Assembly (NCBI GenBank): GCA_039768155.1
Contig: JBDNAY010000018.1
Coordinates: forward strand, 7,902-71,901
Direction: 5' to 3'
DNA from: Lentimonas sp.
GTDB taxonomy: Bacteria; Verrucomicrobiota; Verrucomicrobiia; Opitutales; Coraliomargaritaceae
DNA: 64,000 nucleotides
The position numbers were made by a program, and so were the translations under genes. How positions within the stretch are numbered: position 1 is the stretch's first letter; the number at the start of each line of letters is the position of its first letter. The notes under the pieces were generated by a model. The model did no database searches and was not told where the DNA came from. It saw nothing but the letters and a program-made list of their open reading frames with translations. Below, in pieces: positions 9,348-18,684 of this stretch.

Positions 9348-10073
9348 ATAAAATACCCCATTCTTCTACCCGCACTACTCACTTCGAGTGCATATGCGTC
9401 TACATTTCTGCTCTAAAGCTCGAATTTTGTGAATGCAGTGGCCTTCAATAATGTGACGACATATAACTTGGAGGTGGATGTCGCGAGGGCTTTACAGACG
9501 GGATTTTTCAGCGTTCCCGTGATTAATGATATTCAATATTTGGTGAGTGGCAGCTTGCCCAATGCAACACCTTCAGGATTTTCAGGGTTTGGGTTTAATC
9601 TGAATGATCTTCCTCCATTAAGTTCACAGATTACCGGTGCAGAGTTCTACGCACTAAATGCTTCGAGTGTGGCTGGGGGAACTTTACAGTTTCAAGTGAA
9701 TGCATTGGCCGACTTGTCAGATGGCTGACAATTAGATGAATTGGACGAGCTCACACCTGATCTTGCTGCAGGAATTGGTGCAGGCGTGATTTTTCATTTC
9801 AATGGTAGAGAAGAAGGCACTGGCCGTTATCATCCGATGTTGCTTCAGTTTAAGTCGGATGGCACAGGCTTGGTGCAGAATTCCGATAATATGGGAGGCG
9901 TGAATCCGGCAACGCTGGAAGTCGTGGATGTTGATTTTGGTGAGGAATATATCATGAACATCAGTTTCGATCCTTCGAGTAGAATGCTTGCAGTTCCTGA
10001 GCCTGCGAGCGCGTAGGCGGTCGGGTTGCTAGTGCTCGGTTTCGTTGGACTGCGCAGCAGATCTGGGTTGTAG
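9348..10073 (+). pseudogene. PEP-CTERM secreted protein gene with ATA in place of ATG and three in-frame stops
   Basis: A single frame reads (ATA)KYPILLPALLTSSAYA, a signal peptide, and ends in VPEPASA*AVGLLVLGFVGLRSRSGL*, a PEP-CTERM anchor. It is interrupted by TAA at 9414, TGA at 9726 and TAG at 10014. Confidence 0.65.
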
Positions 10074-10112
10074 CTTACACTGAGAACTATCGAAATGGAG
10101 CATATGCAAACT

Positions 10113-10466
10113 TTACAGTCCCGTCTGAATTGAGCTGATCGGTTGCCAGAGGAGGCCCCTTGCTACGATCTGAATCCATTCATCAATCGAGAAGGTAGGT
10201 GTGTTATGCCCGAGTGTGATACTAAATACTTTGGCTCTACCGTATGCGTTGGCAAACATCACTGGGTGGTTCACTTTTCCTTGATGGCCAGTGGCGATCA
10301 CTAAGGAGTGATCTAAAACTTTGTCAATAATGTAAAGCGCTTCATCGCCTGTGATGAACGCTTCGCTACCGATTAGAATGGGGTGGTTCGGCTGATCTAG
10401 GGTGACGAGCACGGGCTCTTGATGTGTGTCTGTGTGTGTTCTGGATTCTGCTACAAGGCAGGCGCG
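10113..10466 (-). pseudogene. ThuA-domain (trehalose-utilisation-like) gene remnant, C-terminal half only
   Basis: LVTLDQPNHPILIGSEAFITGDEALY...YGRAKVFSITLGHN matches the ThuA C-terminal pattern. The upstream frame hits a TAG after about 18 more codons, and 10467-10780 has no ORF. Confidence 0.6.
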
Positions 10467-10780
10467 CTATGAATTGCCTTTCATTTCACGAAAACTATGA
10501 AAGGCACAGTGGACCATGACGACTCCAGCGTCGGATTCAAAATGCGAAGAAATGGATATTGTAACAGGATGGTGTCTTCGCTCTTGAATGGCGAGTAACC
10601 TTTTTTACCGTTAGCTGTAGTCGTGTGCCTACTCGTGCCGTCGCCTATTTGCGATTCGAGTTCTTACTGATCGGCTTAAACTTCAACTGGCTATGCTGAC
10701 AGAGGGTGTTAAGTCGCTGAGTTCGAGGGTTCACCTAATGACTTTACCGGTTTCTATCCGGCGTTATTTAGATTTCGCCA

Positions 10781-11830
10781 CTATTCAGGGGCGGGGCCTG
10801 AGGACTCTCGTTCGCGGAATATGGTCGAGAGTGTGAGCTCTGAGTAGGCTCCGGATGGAACTTCAGAGTTTTGAATGATCAATCGGGCTGCAGTCGCACC
10901 CATTTCCTCGGGAGACGAACCGCTACAAGTGATTCTTGGGCGGCTGTCTTCGCAGACCCGCGTATAGTCAAAGGCAACCACACTAATGTCTTTGCCTACT
11001 GTGATGTGATTTTGGAGTAGGTAGTCAATGGCTCCACGTGCCATCATGCCATTGTAGCAGACTAGAGCTGTGGGGCACTTGCTGGTTTGATTTGTCAGTA
11101 TCGATTGGGCTGCATCAAAGCCGTCCTGACGGTCTGCGTTTTCGAGTGTGACCGAATTGTGAGGGTCGCAGGACAATTGGCGGCTTTGTAGGCTTGTTGT
11201 AAAAGCATTGTGGCGTTCGGCTTGGCGCATCATGTTTCGATTGCCTCCAATCCAGCCAAAGCGTCGATGGCCTTGGTTGTAGAGATGGTCGACGAGCTTC
11301 TCGCCGGCTTGCGCTTCATTTGGAAGCACCGAGTGGCAGAGGCCACTGTAGTGTGCAGAAATGCAGACTACTGGGAGCTTGCTTTTGCTGATAGAGTGAA
11401 TCACCGAGGGGGCGACTTGTCCCAGAATAACAATGCCCCGGAGGAAGCCTTTGCCTTGAGGGATCTTTTCGTAGTCCTTTTCGCTTAAGTCGTCTTCTGC
11501 ACCAAAAAAGAGCGTTTTGATGTCGTTTTGGCTTAATTCTTCATACATGCCTTGGTGCACGTGACTGAAGAAGTTACTTTTCGTCGCCAATTTCAGTGGG
11601 GAGCGTAAAATGTAGCCAACAGCTTCGATTTTCGTCCCATTTGAGGCGTCGCTTGTGTCTATCTGCATTCCCTTGGGTGCGTAACTATGCAATTGAGCGT
11701 AGTCCAAAATACGCTTCACAGAGTCTTTGGAAATGCCTGACTTGCGTCCGTTGAGCACCATGGACACTAAGGTCTGGGATACGCCCAGATCTTTTGCGAT
11801 TTGCTGTTGGGATAGTTTCTTCTTTTTCAC
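10781..11830 (-). CDS. LacI-family transcriptional regulator
   Basis: N-terminal HTH LSQQQIAKDLGVSQTLVSMVLNGR followed by a periplasmic-binding-protein-like sugar-binding domain. Confidence 0.85.
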   Translation of the reverse strand: MKKKKLSQQQIAKDLGVSQTLVSMVLNGRKSGISKDSVKRILDYAQLHSYAPKGMQIDTSDASNGTKIEAVGYILRSPLKLATKSNFFSHVHQGMYEELSQNDIKTLFFGAEDDLSEKDYEKIPQGKGFLRGIVILGQVAPSVIHSISKSKLPVVCISAHYSGLCHSVLPNEAQAGEKLVDHLYNQGHRRFGWIGGNRNMMRQAERHNAFTTSLQSRQLSCDPHNSVTLENADRQDGFDAAQSILTNQTSKCPTALVCYNGMMARGAIDYLLQNHITVGKDISVVAFDYTRVCEDSRPRITCSGSSPEEMGATAARLIIQNSEVPSGAYSELTLSTIFRERESSGPAPE

Positions 11831-11963
11831 TAAGTCGAATGGTTTTTTTACTAAAGCTGCGACTGGTAATTATTAAGTTCAAGGCGAATTCCAATAGCTA
11901 GCGTATAATTTTTAGGGGGGTAGTGTTGGTTCAGCGGCGAGTTGATGTTTGGTTCTCGGGTGT

Positions 11964-12165
11964 GTCGGGCTCCGTCCCGACATGCAGTGCAGCCGTATGT
12001 TATCTGCGTAAACTTATGCGGAAACAGAGGTCGAATGGCACGAACTTAAGGCGATTTTTTGAGTTATTATGGGTCACTTCATTGTGGAGGGCGATGCTCC
12101 GTCATCGCCGCAGAGACGACTAAATCTCTCGAACCATCGGCGGTTGCGACGGAGCGCAACCCTCC
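11964..12165. repeat. Three hairpins of the RCRGAG-loop family, including an inverted doublet
   Basis: GTCGGG-CTCCGT-CCCGAC at 11964-11981. GGAGGGCGATG-CTCCGT-CATCGCC at 12086-12109. GGTTGCG-ACGGAG-CGCAACCCTCC at 12142-12165. Confidence 0.7.
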
Positions 12166-12374
12166 AGATTTTTACTTAAAATCCCCTTGAAGTATCGCTA
12201 TGCAAAGAGATCCGCGCTAACAGCTGAACGAGTATCGTAAAGGGGAAAGTCTGTCAGTACCCTTTAGCGTGATGCTTCCAGTTGGTATAAGCCTGAAGGA
12301 CGCATTCAATTCAATCGGCTGACATTCACGCCAGGCGTGCTGCGGGTGGGCAGGTTGAAAGGTTACTGTATACC

Positions 12375-14303
12375 TCAACTTTGAATCCCTGTTCTGGCTT
12401 CCAGCACTTCAGCAAAGGCGACTTCGGCGCAGCTGCCAAATTGTTGATTGCCGCGAAGACCACGGGCTGCGGAGACCGCTGGAGAATTGAGGCCGCAGAG
12501 AAAGCGCGCTTGTTGACGAGGGCGGGCGAGAGCTGTCGTGTTTTGTTCAACTAGGGGGGTGAAGTTACTCAAGTCGTAGCTTCTGATACTGGGATGTTGG
12601 CGAGTTGCTAGTTTTGCTGGGGCATCGCCTAAGCAGATGCCGCAATGTTCACAGGGCTCGATGGTTTCGCCAAAATAGTTGAGCAACTTGGCGGTGAGGC
12701 AGTGCTCGCTTTGCGCGTAACTCAGCATGGATTCGATCCGGCCAATCTCCATTGCTTCGTGTTCGCTAAACGTGGTTTCTAGTTGCTGGCACAGTGTAGG
12801 GATGTCGATGGTTTGCTCTAGCCGACGAAAGCGTTGTCGGTAGCCAGCCAGTTGGAGTTCGGCGAGGCCTTTGTGTTGGAGGCTTTCCAGCGCACGTAAG
12901 ATGACGCTGCGCTGCTGGCCAGTGTGCTCGATTGCTTTGTCGATATCTAGGCTGATCCATTTTCGGGCTTTACTGCAGCAGGCAAAAATCTTGCGGATGA
13001 AGGCGGCTTGGTTGTCTGGGTATTGCGCTAAGATCTCGACGCTACTACCAATGGGCGCAAAGCGTATGCTGCCGTAGTAATGACCTTCGGAGCGGATGAT
13101 GCCCCTCAATTCCAAACGAGTGAGCAATGTGTTGACCACCAGCTGACGTATATCGTGTCGGCGCGAGAGGTCGGAGATCGCGATATCGATTTCATCGTCG
13201 GAGCCGAGGAGCTCGGTGACGATCGATCTAATGCTTTCAGGATCAGGTGTGTCGCCGTAGACGAAGTTTTCCAATGCTGTGCAGTCGTCCGCGCAGGCGA
13301 ACAGCTCGCAGATCGAAGGCGCGCCATCGCGTCCAGCACGGCCGATTTCTTGCATGTAGCTCTCATAGCCTTTCGCCATGTGGTAGTGATAGACGTAGCG
13401 GATGTCGGATTTGTCGACGCCCATGCCAAACGCAATCGTGGCACAAATGATCGGCACTTCGCCTTTCATAAATGCGTCTTGTGTGGCGACACGTTCTTCA
13501 GATTTCATTCCCGCATGGTAGGCCTTTGCATCAAAGCCTGCTTTGACGAGTCCCTCCGTAACTTCTTCGGCGTGGCGTTGCAGGCTGACGTAAATGATGG
13601 TCGCTCCAGCAGGGCGTTCGCGTAGGCGTTGTTCTAGAATCGAGGGGCGCTCGGCATCCCTGCAGCTCGTGACGCGTAGCTCTAAGTTCGGGCGGTGGAA
13701 GCCAGTGTTGACGATGTCGCTCTCGGCAATGTCGAAGGCGTGCGCCATGTCTTCAGAGACTTGCGGTGTCGCGGTCGCAGTGAGCGCCAGAACGCGTTCG
13801 ACTTGTAATTCCTTAGATACGTTGGCTAACTTCAGATAGTCTGGGCGAAAGTTGTGTCCCCACGATGAGATACAGTGTGCCTCATCGACCGCGAGTAGGC
13901 TGATGCGTTGCCCATGTATAAGGTTGAGGAAACGTTCGTTGCCCAGACGCTCAGGTGCAACAAAGAGCAGTTTGAGTTGTCCGCCCCGAATGTCTTGAGT
14001 GACGCGGCGATAAGTGTCCTCATCGAGGCTGGAATCCAGTCGTTCTGCAGCGATGCCGCGTGCCTGTAGGCTGTCGATCTGATCTTTCATCAGCGCCAGT
14101 AGAGGAGAGACGACCAAGGTCAAGCCAGGCAGTAGCAGAGCCGGCAATTGATAGCAGAGGCTTTTGCCTGAACCTGTTGGAAAGATAGCACTGGCACTGC
14201 GCCCAGCGAGTAGTGTCTTGATGACCTGTTCCTGTCCTGGTCGAAAGGTGTCGAATCCAAAGTGTGTTTTAAGAGTAGAGAGTGGGGTGTTCGAAGCAGT
14301 CAT
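12375..14303 (-). CDS. RecQ-family ATP-dependent DNA helicase
   Basis: Walker [15 protein letters not shown], the DEAH box [20 protein letters not shown], helicase C motifs, and a C-terminal CEHCGICLG cysteine cluster. Confidence 0.9.
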   Translation of the reverse strand: MTASNTPLSTLKTHFGFDTFRPGQEQVIKTLLAGRSASAIFPTGSGKSLCYQLPALLLPGLTLVVSPLLALMKDQIDSLQARGIAAERLDSSLDEDTYRRVTQDIRGGQLKLLFVAPERLGNERFLNLIHGQRISLLAVDEAHCISSWGHNFRPDYLKLANVSKELQVERVLALTATATPQVSEDMAHAFDIAESDIVNTGFHRPNLELRVTSCRDAERPSILEQRLRERPAGATIIYVSLQRHAEEVTEGLVKAGFDAKAYHAGMKSEERVATQDAFMKGEVPIICATIAFGMGVDKSDIRYVYHYHMAKGYESYMQEIGRAGRDGAPSICELFACADDCTALENFVYGDTPDPESIRSIVTELLGSDDEIDIAISDLSRRHDIRQLVVNTLLTRLELRGIIRSEGHYYGSIRFAPIGSSVEILAQYPDNQAAFIRKIFACCSKARKWISLDIDKAIEHTGQQRSVILRALESLQHKGLAELQLAGYRQRFRRLEQTIDIPTLCQQLETTFSEHEAMEIGRIESMLSYAQSEHCLTAKLLNYFGETIEPCEHCGICLGDAPAKLATRQHPSIRSYDLSNFTPLVEQNTTALARPRQQARFLCGLNSPAVSAARGLRGNQQFGSCAEVAFAEVLEARTGIQS

Positions 14304-14312
14304 GGATACGTA

Positions 14313-15278
14313 TTACTCTGCCAATTGGTAGATTAAGTCTAGGTAGCCCCCATAGACTTGAAAGATTGTGAAGATGACCAAGGCGGCGACACAGGCAAAC
14401 AGTATGGTGGGGTAAACGATGGAGGCGTAGGTCATCGCATTGTTAGCCTGCGTTTGATATTGTTGACCAGTCTTGAGCATCATCTCGTCGAGTTTTCCTG
14501 TTTTAGCCCCAGCAGAGTAAAAGGCGATGAAGTCGGGCGGGAAGACTTTGTGTACGTTGAGTAGAGTGGATGGATCACCCCCAGCGGCGAAAGTTGGCTC
14601 CATCGCTCTGCAGGCTTTTGTGATTCTTGGATCGTGGGCGATGCGAGCGGAGCCTTTCCATGCGGTCTGCATCGGCACTCCGGCGTCGATAAAGGTGCCA
14701 AGCGCGTACGAAAAGTCGGCGAGTGCCTGTGCTTTGCTGTAGCGCCTCAAGAGTGGAATGCAGCGTAGAATACGCGGTAGTATCGGATTGTCGGTTTTAA
14801 CTAGAATAAATATCAGTGCGATCAGCGCCCAGACGGGTGCGATGAGAAGTGTGCTCTGAAGTAGATGTAGAGGTGCATCCCATTCGAATCCGATCTCGTA
14901 GTCGAACATTCGGACGATCGGGAGGATGATAGCCGTGATGTGGTAGACGCCGAGTGGATAGAGTAAGCCAAGGACTACTTTAAGTTGAGTCGCGCCAATG
15001 CGTTCGTGTCGATCGGCGAGGTTACGTAAGGTTTGCGGCAGGCGTCCTGTTTCCATCGCAGTGCTGATGAAAACACGATCTGATTTTGGTAACCAAGCTG
15101 GCGCGGCGGCCATAACTTCTTCAATAGGCGTCCCTGCTTCGATCAATGCGGCGAGATGTAGTCGGCTACTACTCGGTGGACCAGAGCAGACCGTGATCGC
15201 TTCGGCGAGTAGCGTGCCTGCGCCGAGATGCTCAGCGAGCTGTCGATACCAGTTGGAGAGAACTTTATGTGAAGCCAT
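14313..15278 (-). CDS. Type II secretion system F-domain protein (GspF/PilC-like, two T2SSF repeats)
   Basis: Two repeats of the T2SSF pattern: LLAEAI...IEAGTPIEEVM...METGRLPQTL and ALGTFIDAGVPMQTAW...AGAKTGKLDEMM, each followed by TM helices. Confidence 0.6.
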   Translation of the reverse strand: MASHKVLSNWYRQLAEHLGAGTLLAEAITVCSGPPSSSRLHLAALIEAGTPIEEVMAAAPAWLPKSDRVFISTAMETGRLPQTLRNLADRHERIGATQLKVVLGLLYPLGVYHITAIILPIVRMFDYEIGFEWDAPLHLLQSTLLIAPVWALIALIFILVKTDNPILPRILRCIPLLRRYSKAQALADFSYALGTFIDAGVPMQTAWKGSARIAHDPRITKACRAMEPTFAAGGDPSTLLNVHKVFPPDFIAFYSAGAKTGKLDEMMLKTGQQYQTQANNAMTYASIVYPTILFACVAALVIFTIFQVYGGYLDLIYQLAE

Positions 15279-15292
15279 GGGAAGGGGGCGTT

Positions 15293-15335
15293 GAACTTCG
15301 AACGCGGAACATCGAACGTTGAACGTAGAACATCG
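15293..15335. repeat. Six tandem heptads GAACNNN
   Basis: GAAC at 15293, 15300, 15307, 15314, 15321 and 15328, reading GAACTTC GAACGCG GAACATC GAACGTT GAACGTA GAACATC. Confidence 0.75.
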
Positions 15336-15589
15336 CAGGGGCGAGCGTGAAAGGGGGATCAGGACATGGGAGGATGCTGCTGTAAATTTGAAACGAGGAA
15401 AGCAGGAAACTATGCTAGTTGCTTACGTCAGATGGACATACTTAGTGCCATTAGTCGAATGAACCCCAAGCAAATTAAAATTCTTTTACAGTGTAGATGG
15501 ATGTTTGAATCCTGCGGATGGTAAGCACCTGACAGCAGATCATTATGAGGCACTTTCTGTGCCATGAATTTCGATGTTGAGTGCAATTA

Positions 15590-16395
15590 ATGCGGCAATC
15601 GATGCGTCGCCCTTACCTTAGAATATTTGGTGATCAATACGAGGCGCTATCTATTACAGAGCAAGATTATGAGTAGTTTGCTCAGCTTTCGGTTGTTTTA
15701 AACAATATGATGGAGCGATTGGAAGGGGGCTTTCATCAAGCGACACGTTTTACTGCAGATGCGTCGTACGAGCTAAAGACTCCGATTGCAATTTTGCAGG
15801 TTGAAGTGGATGCCGCATTAAAGAGGGACACTTTAGACTCACCAGAATACAAGACACTCTCTAATATTTCTGAGGAAATTTAGCGGTTGAAGCGTATCAT
15901 CCAAAGTTTGCTGTTACTCTCTCATGTTGACTCAGGGCATATTCAGTTGTTTACTGAAGAGGTCGATATCAGCGCCGAGTGTGAGGCATTGGCTGAAGAT
16001 TTGGAAGCGTTGTGCGACTCTGCTGAGTTAACCGCTGAAAGCTAAATAAAGTCGGGGGTTTTGATTAAGGCAGACTAAGTGTTATCCATGTAAGCGGTTC
16101 AAAACTCGCTGTCGAATACTATCAGGTATAACTGCGAAAATGGGCGAGTGTTTTTCGCTTATACCAGGAAGGCGAGCATGCGTGTTTACGACTTTCAAAT
16201 ACTGGGGTGCCGATACCAGCAGATGAACGAGTCAATGTCTTCAAGCGCTTTTACGGATGGATGCTGCTAGGAATTGAACGACTGACGGCTTCGGGCTTAG
16301 GCACAATTTCGCACACAAAATCGTGCGCGCGCACGGTGGAGAGCTTCGTCGGTGTGAAGACGCGGATGGTCTTATCTCTTTCGAGATATAACTGA
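15590..16395 (+). pseudogene. Decayed sensor histidine kinase (HAMP-HisKA-HATPase remnants)
   Basis: FAQLSVVLNNMMERLEGGFHQATRFTADASYELKTPIAIL is a HisKA H-box with Tyr replacing the phospho-His. There is an in-frame TAG at 15881 (SEEI*RLKRIIQSLLLLS). HATPase fragments (VFKRFY..., SGLG...) lie in other frames. Confidence 0.7.
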
Positions 16396-16409
16396 AGGCA
16401 TTGTAAGTT

Positions 16410-18494
16410 TTACTTGGCTTCTTCGCGCGCGGCTTTTGTCATACGCACCACATTACGCACGGGATTCTTGGTAATGATATTGCCTCCTGTGCTACGGCCT
16501 CGAATCGCGAAGTCCTTGAAGAAGACATCTTCTTCGGTCTTACGTAGGCGTGGTGCAGGCTTGAGGTTTATCTTCACGGCATCTGGGCGACCGCCTGTTG
16601 GGTAGCAGGAGATGTAAAAGACACGCGAGCCTGGTTTGCCTTTAGTGAGGTTATATTCCTTGTCGCGTGTGACACCACCTGTGGTGAAGTGCTTGATGAG
16701 CGTCGGGCCAGTGCGTCCATCGCGATAGACCATACAGTAGGTGAGCGCATTGGGTTCGGCACGATTGAAGATGTCGATGTGTAGAATGTTTTTACCGAAG
16801 AACGCTTTTGGACTGACCTTGCTGACAGTGAGTTTACCTTCTTGATTAATGGCAATGATGTCGTCGAGTGTAGAGCATTTGCAGATGGCTTCGTCCTTTT
16901 TCATGCTGGTGCCAGCAAAGCCTTCCTTCTTGTCAACAAAGAGTGTTTCGTTGGCGATAACGACGTCTTGGGCGACGACTTTTTGAAACGAAGCGAGTTC
17001 TGTCTTACGCTCACGGCCCTTGCCGTATTTTTTCTTTAGATCGGTAAACCACTTGATTGAATATTTGGTGAGATACTTGAGGTTCTTGAGTGTCTCTTTG
17101 ATGGATTCTTCGAGCCCCTTGATGAGTTCGTCAGCTTTAAACGTGTCGAACTTGGAGATACGCTTAATTTTGATTTCAAGTAGTCGTAGAATGTCGTCTT
17201 GAGTGATCTTGCGCTTAAATAGCTTCTTGTAGGGGACGAGGCCTTTATCGACTGCGGCAATGACGCCGTCCCAAGTTTCTTCTTCTTCAATACGGCGGTA
17301 AATACGTTTCTCAATGAAGATCTTTTCAAGAGAGCTGAAGTGCCATTTTTCTTCGAGTTCACCGAGTTGAATTTCCAGCTCCAGTTTGAGAAGTTCGCGG
17401 GTTTTTTCAGTGGCGAGATAGAGGAGGTCGGCTGCAGAGAAGAAGTTCGGCTTCTCGTTTTCGATTACGCAAATATTTGTTGAAACGGAGAGCTCACAAT
17501 CGGTAAACGCGTAGAGGGCTTGCTCGGCAGTTTCAGCATCCACGCCTGATGGCAAGTAGACGAGAATCTCAACGATGTCGGCAGTGTTATCCTCAACCCG
17601 AGAGATCTTGATCTTGCCCTTGTCGTTGGCAGAGAGGATCGAGTCGATCAACGAGGTCGTGGTTTTACCAAAAGGAAGTTCGGTAATCGCGAGCAGGTTC
17701 TTTTTACGTGCTTCGATGCGGGCGCGCACTTTGACTCGGCCGCCGCGCTTACCGTTGTTGTATTCCGAAACGTCGGCGATGCCGCCGGTCGGGAAATCGG
17801 GCACGATCTCGGGCTTTTGCTTACGAAGCAGGGCGATACAGCCGTCGAGGAGTTCGATGAAGTTATGCGGGAGAATCTTGCAGGAGAGGCCGACCGCAAT
17901 GCCCTCAGCACCTTGTGCGAGGAGCAGGGGGAACTTAACTGGGAGCGTTTCTGGCTCCTTATTACGACCATCGTAAGAGGAGAGCCAGCGGGTGGTCTTT
18001 GGGTTGAAGACAATATCGAGCGCAAATTTTGATAGGCGCGCTTCGATATAACGCGCAGCGGCAGCAGAGTCACCAGTCAGGGTGTTGCCCCAGTTACCTT
18101 GCATATCGATCAGCAGCTCTTTTTGGCCCAATTGTACCATGGCATCGCAAATTGAGGCATCACCGTGGGGGTGATACTTCATGGTGTTACCGATTACGTT
18201 GGCGACCTTGTTGTAGCGGCCGTCTTCTAACTCTTTCATGGAGTGTAAGATGCGTCGCTGGACCGGTTTGAGCCCGTCATTCGCATGCGGCACAGCGCGC
18301 TCAAGAATTACATAACTGGCGTAGTCGAGAAACCATTCGCTGAACATCTCATTGACGTGTCCAGAGTTGTTGGTGAGGTCAAAAATGTCGATTTCAGGGG
18401 ATGCCCCTTCAATCTCTACAACGGATTCCGCATCGGCAGGGTTGAGTTTGAATTCAAGATTCTCGTCTTCGGGTGGGGTGTTCTTGCTGGGCAT
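16410..18494 (-). CDS. parC: DNA topoisomerase IV subunit A-like (GyrA/ParC family)
   Basis: DGLKPVQRRILHSM, KYHPHGDASICDAMVQLGQ and the catalytic-Tyr context AAARYIEARL. The short C-terminal domain (694 aa total) favours ParC over GyrA. Confidence 0.8.
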   Translation of the reverse strand: MPSKNTPPEDENLEFKLNPADAESVVEIEGASPEIDIFDLTNNSGHVNEMFSEWFLDYASYVILERAVPHANDGLKPVQRRILHSMKELEDGRYNKVANVIGNTMKYHPHGDASICDAMVQLGQKELLIDMQGNWGNTLTGDSAAAARYIEARLSKFALDIVFNPKTTRWLSSYDGRNKEPETLPVKFPLLLAQGAEGIAVGLSCKILPHNFIELLDGCIALLRKQKPEIVPDFPTGGIADVSEYNNGKRGGRVKVRARIEARKKNLLAITELPFGKTTTSLIDSILSANDKGKIKISRVEDNTADIVEILVYLPSGVDAETAEQALYAFTDCELSVSTNICVIENEKPNFFSAADLLYLATEKTRELLKLELEIQLGELEEKWHFSSLEKIFIEKRIYRRIEEEETWDGVIAAVDKGLVPYKKLFKRKITQDDILRLLEIKIKRISKFDTFKADELIKGLEESIKETLKNLKYLTKYSIKWFTDLKKKYGKGRERKTELASFQKVVAQDVVIANETLFVDKKEGFAGTSMKKDEAICKCSTLDDIIAINQEGKLTVSKVSPKAFFGKNILHIDIFNRAEPNALTYCMVYRDGRTGPTLIKHFTTGGVTRDKEYNLTKGKPGSRVFYISCYPTGGRPDAVKINLKPAPRLRKTEEDVFFKDFAIRGRSTGGNIITKNPVRNVVRMTKAAREEAK

Positions 18495-18684
18495 GAATAG
18501 GTCGTTCGAAAGTCAATAAAAGGTCTACTCTGGAGAAAGTTCAAATCGGCGGGTCGGTTCAAGTAGAATCCTAGCAGATTGCTCATTTCGTTCAAATTAA
18601 TGGTGCCTATGAGTTTTTGAAATAAAATGGGTAATAAGATGGTTTTTGCTTACGATGCGCCTGTTTCTGGCTATATACTTAGTA

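Noticed and set aside
9075-9416. 113-aa ORF reported upstream of the PEP-CTERM pseudogene
   Set aside because: Its first two thirds overlap the yaaA start region antisense and have no coding texture. Only its last about 22 codons (the signal peptide) make sense, as the 5' end of the decayed gene at 9348-10073.
11923-12123. 66-aa ORF in the lacI/recQ spacer
   Set aside because: It runs through the hairpin repeats (11964, 12086), has a GTG start without an RBS and an Arg/Cys-rich product typical of translated GC palindromes.
18495-18645. GTTCAA/GTTCGA words in the parC-pckG divergent spacer as another heptad array
   Set aside because: The word occurs four times (18504, 18539, 18557, 18590) but the spacings are 35, 18 and 33 nt. 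With no consistent 7-nt phase, it was not grouped with the arrays.
18646-18684. ORF-track start of pckG ([14 protein letters not shown]...)
   Set aside because: A hydrophobic leader is not expected on cytosolic GTP-PEPCK. Family N-termini begin close to the ...[14 protein letters not shown]... region, so GTG 18685 is preferred, though it remains unverified.
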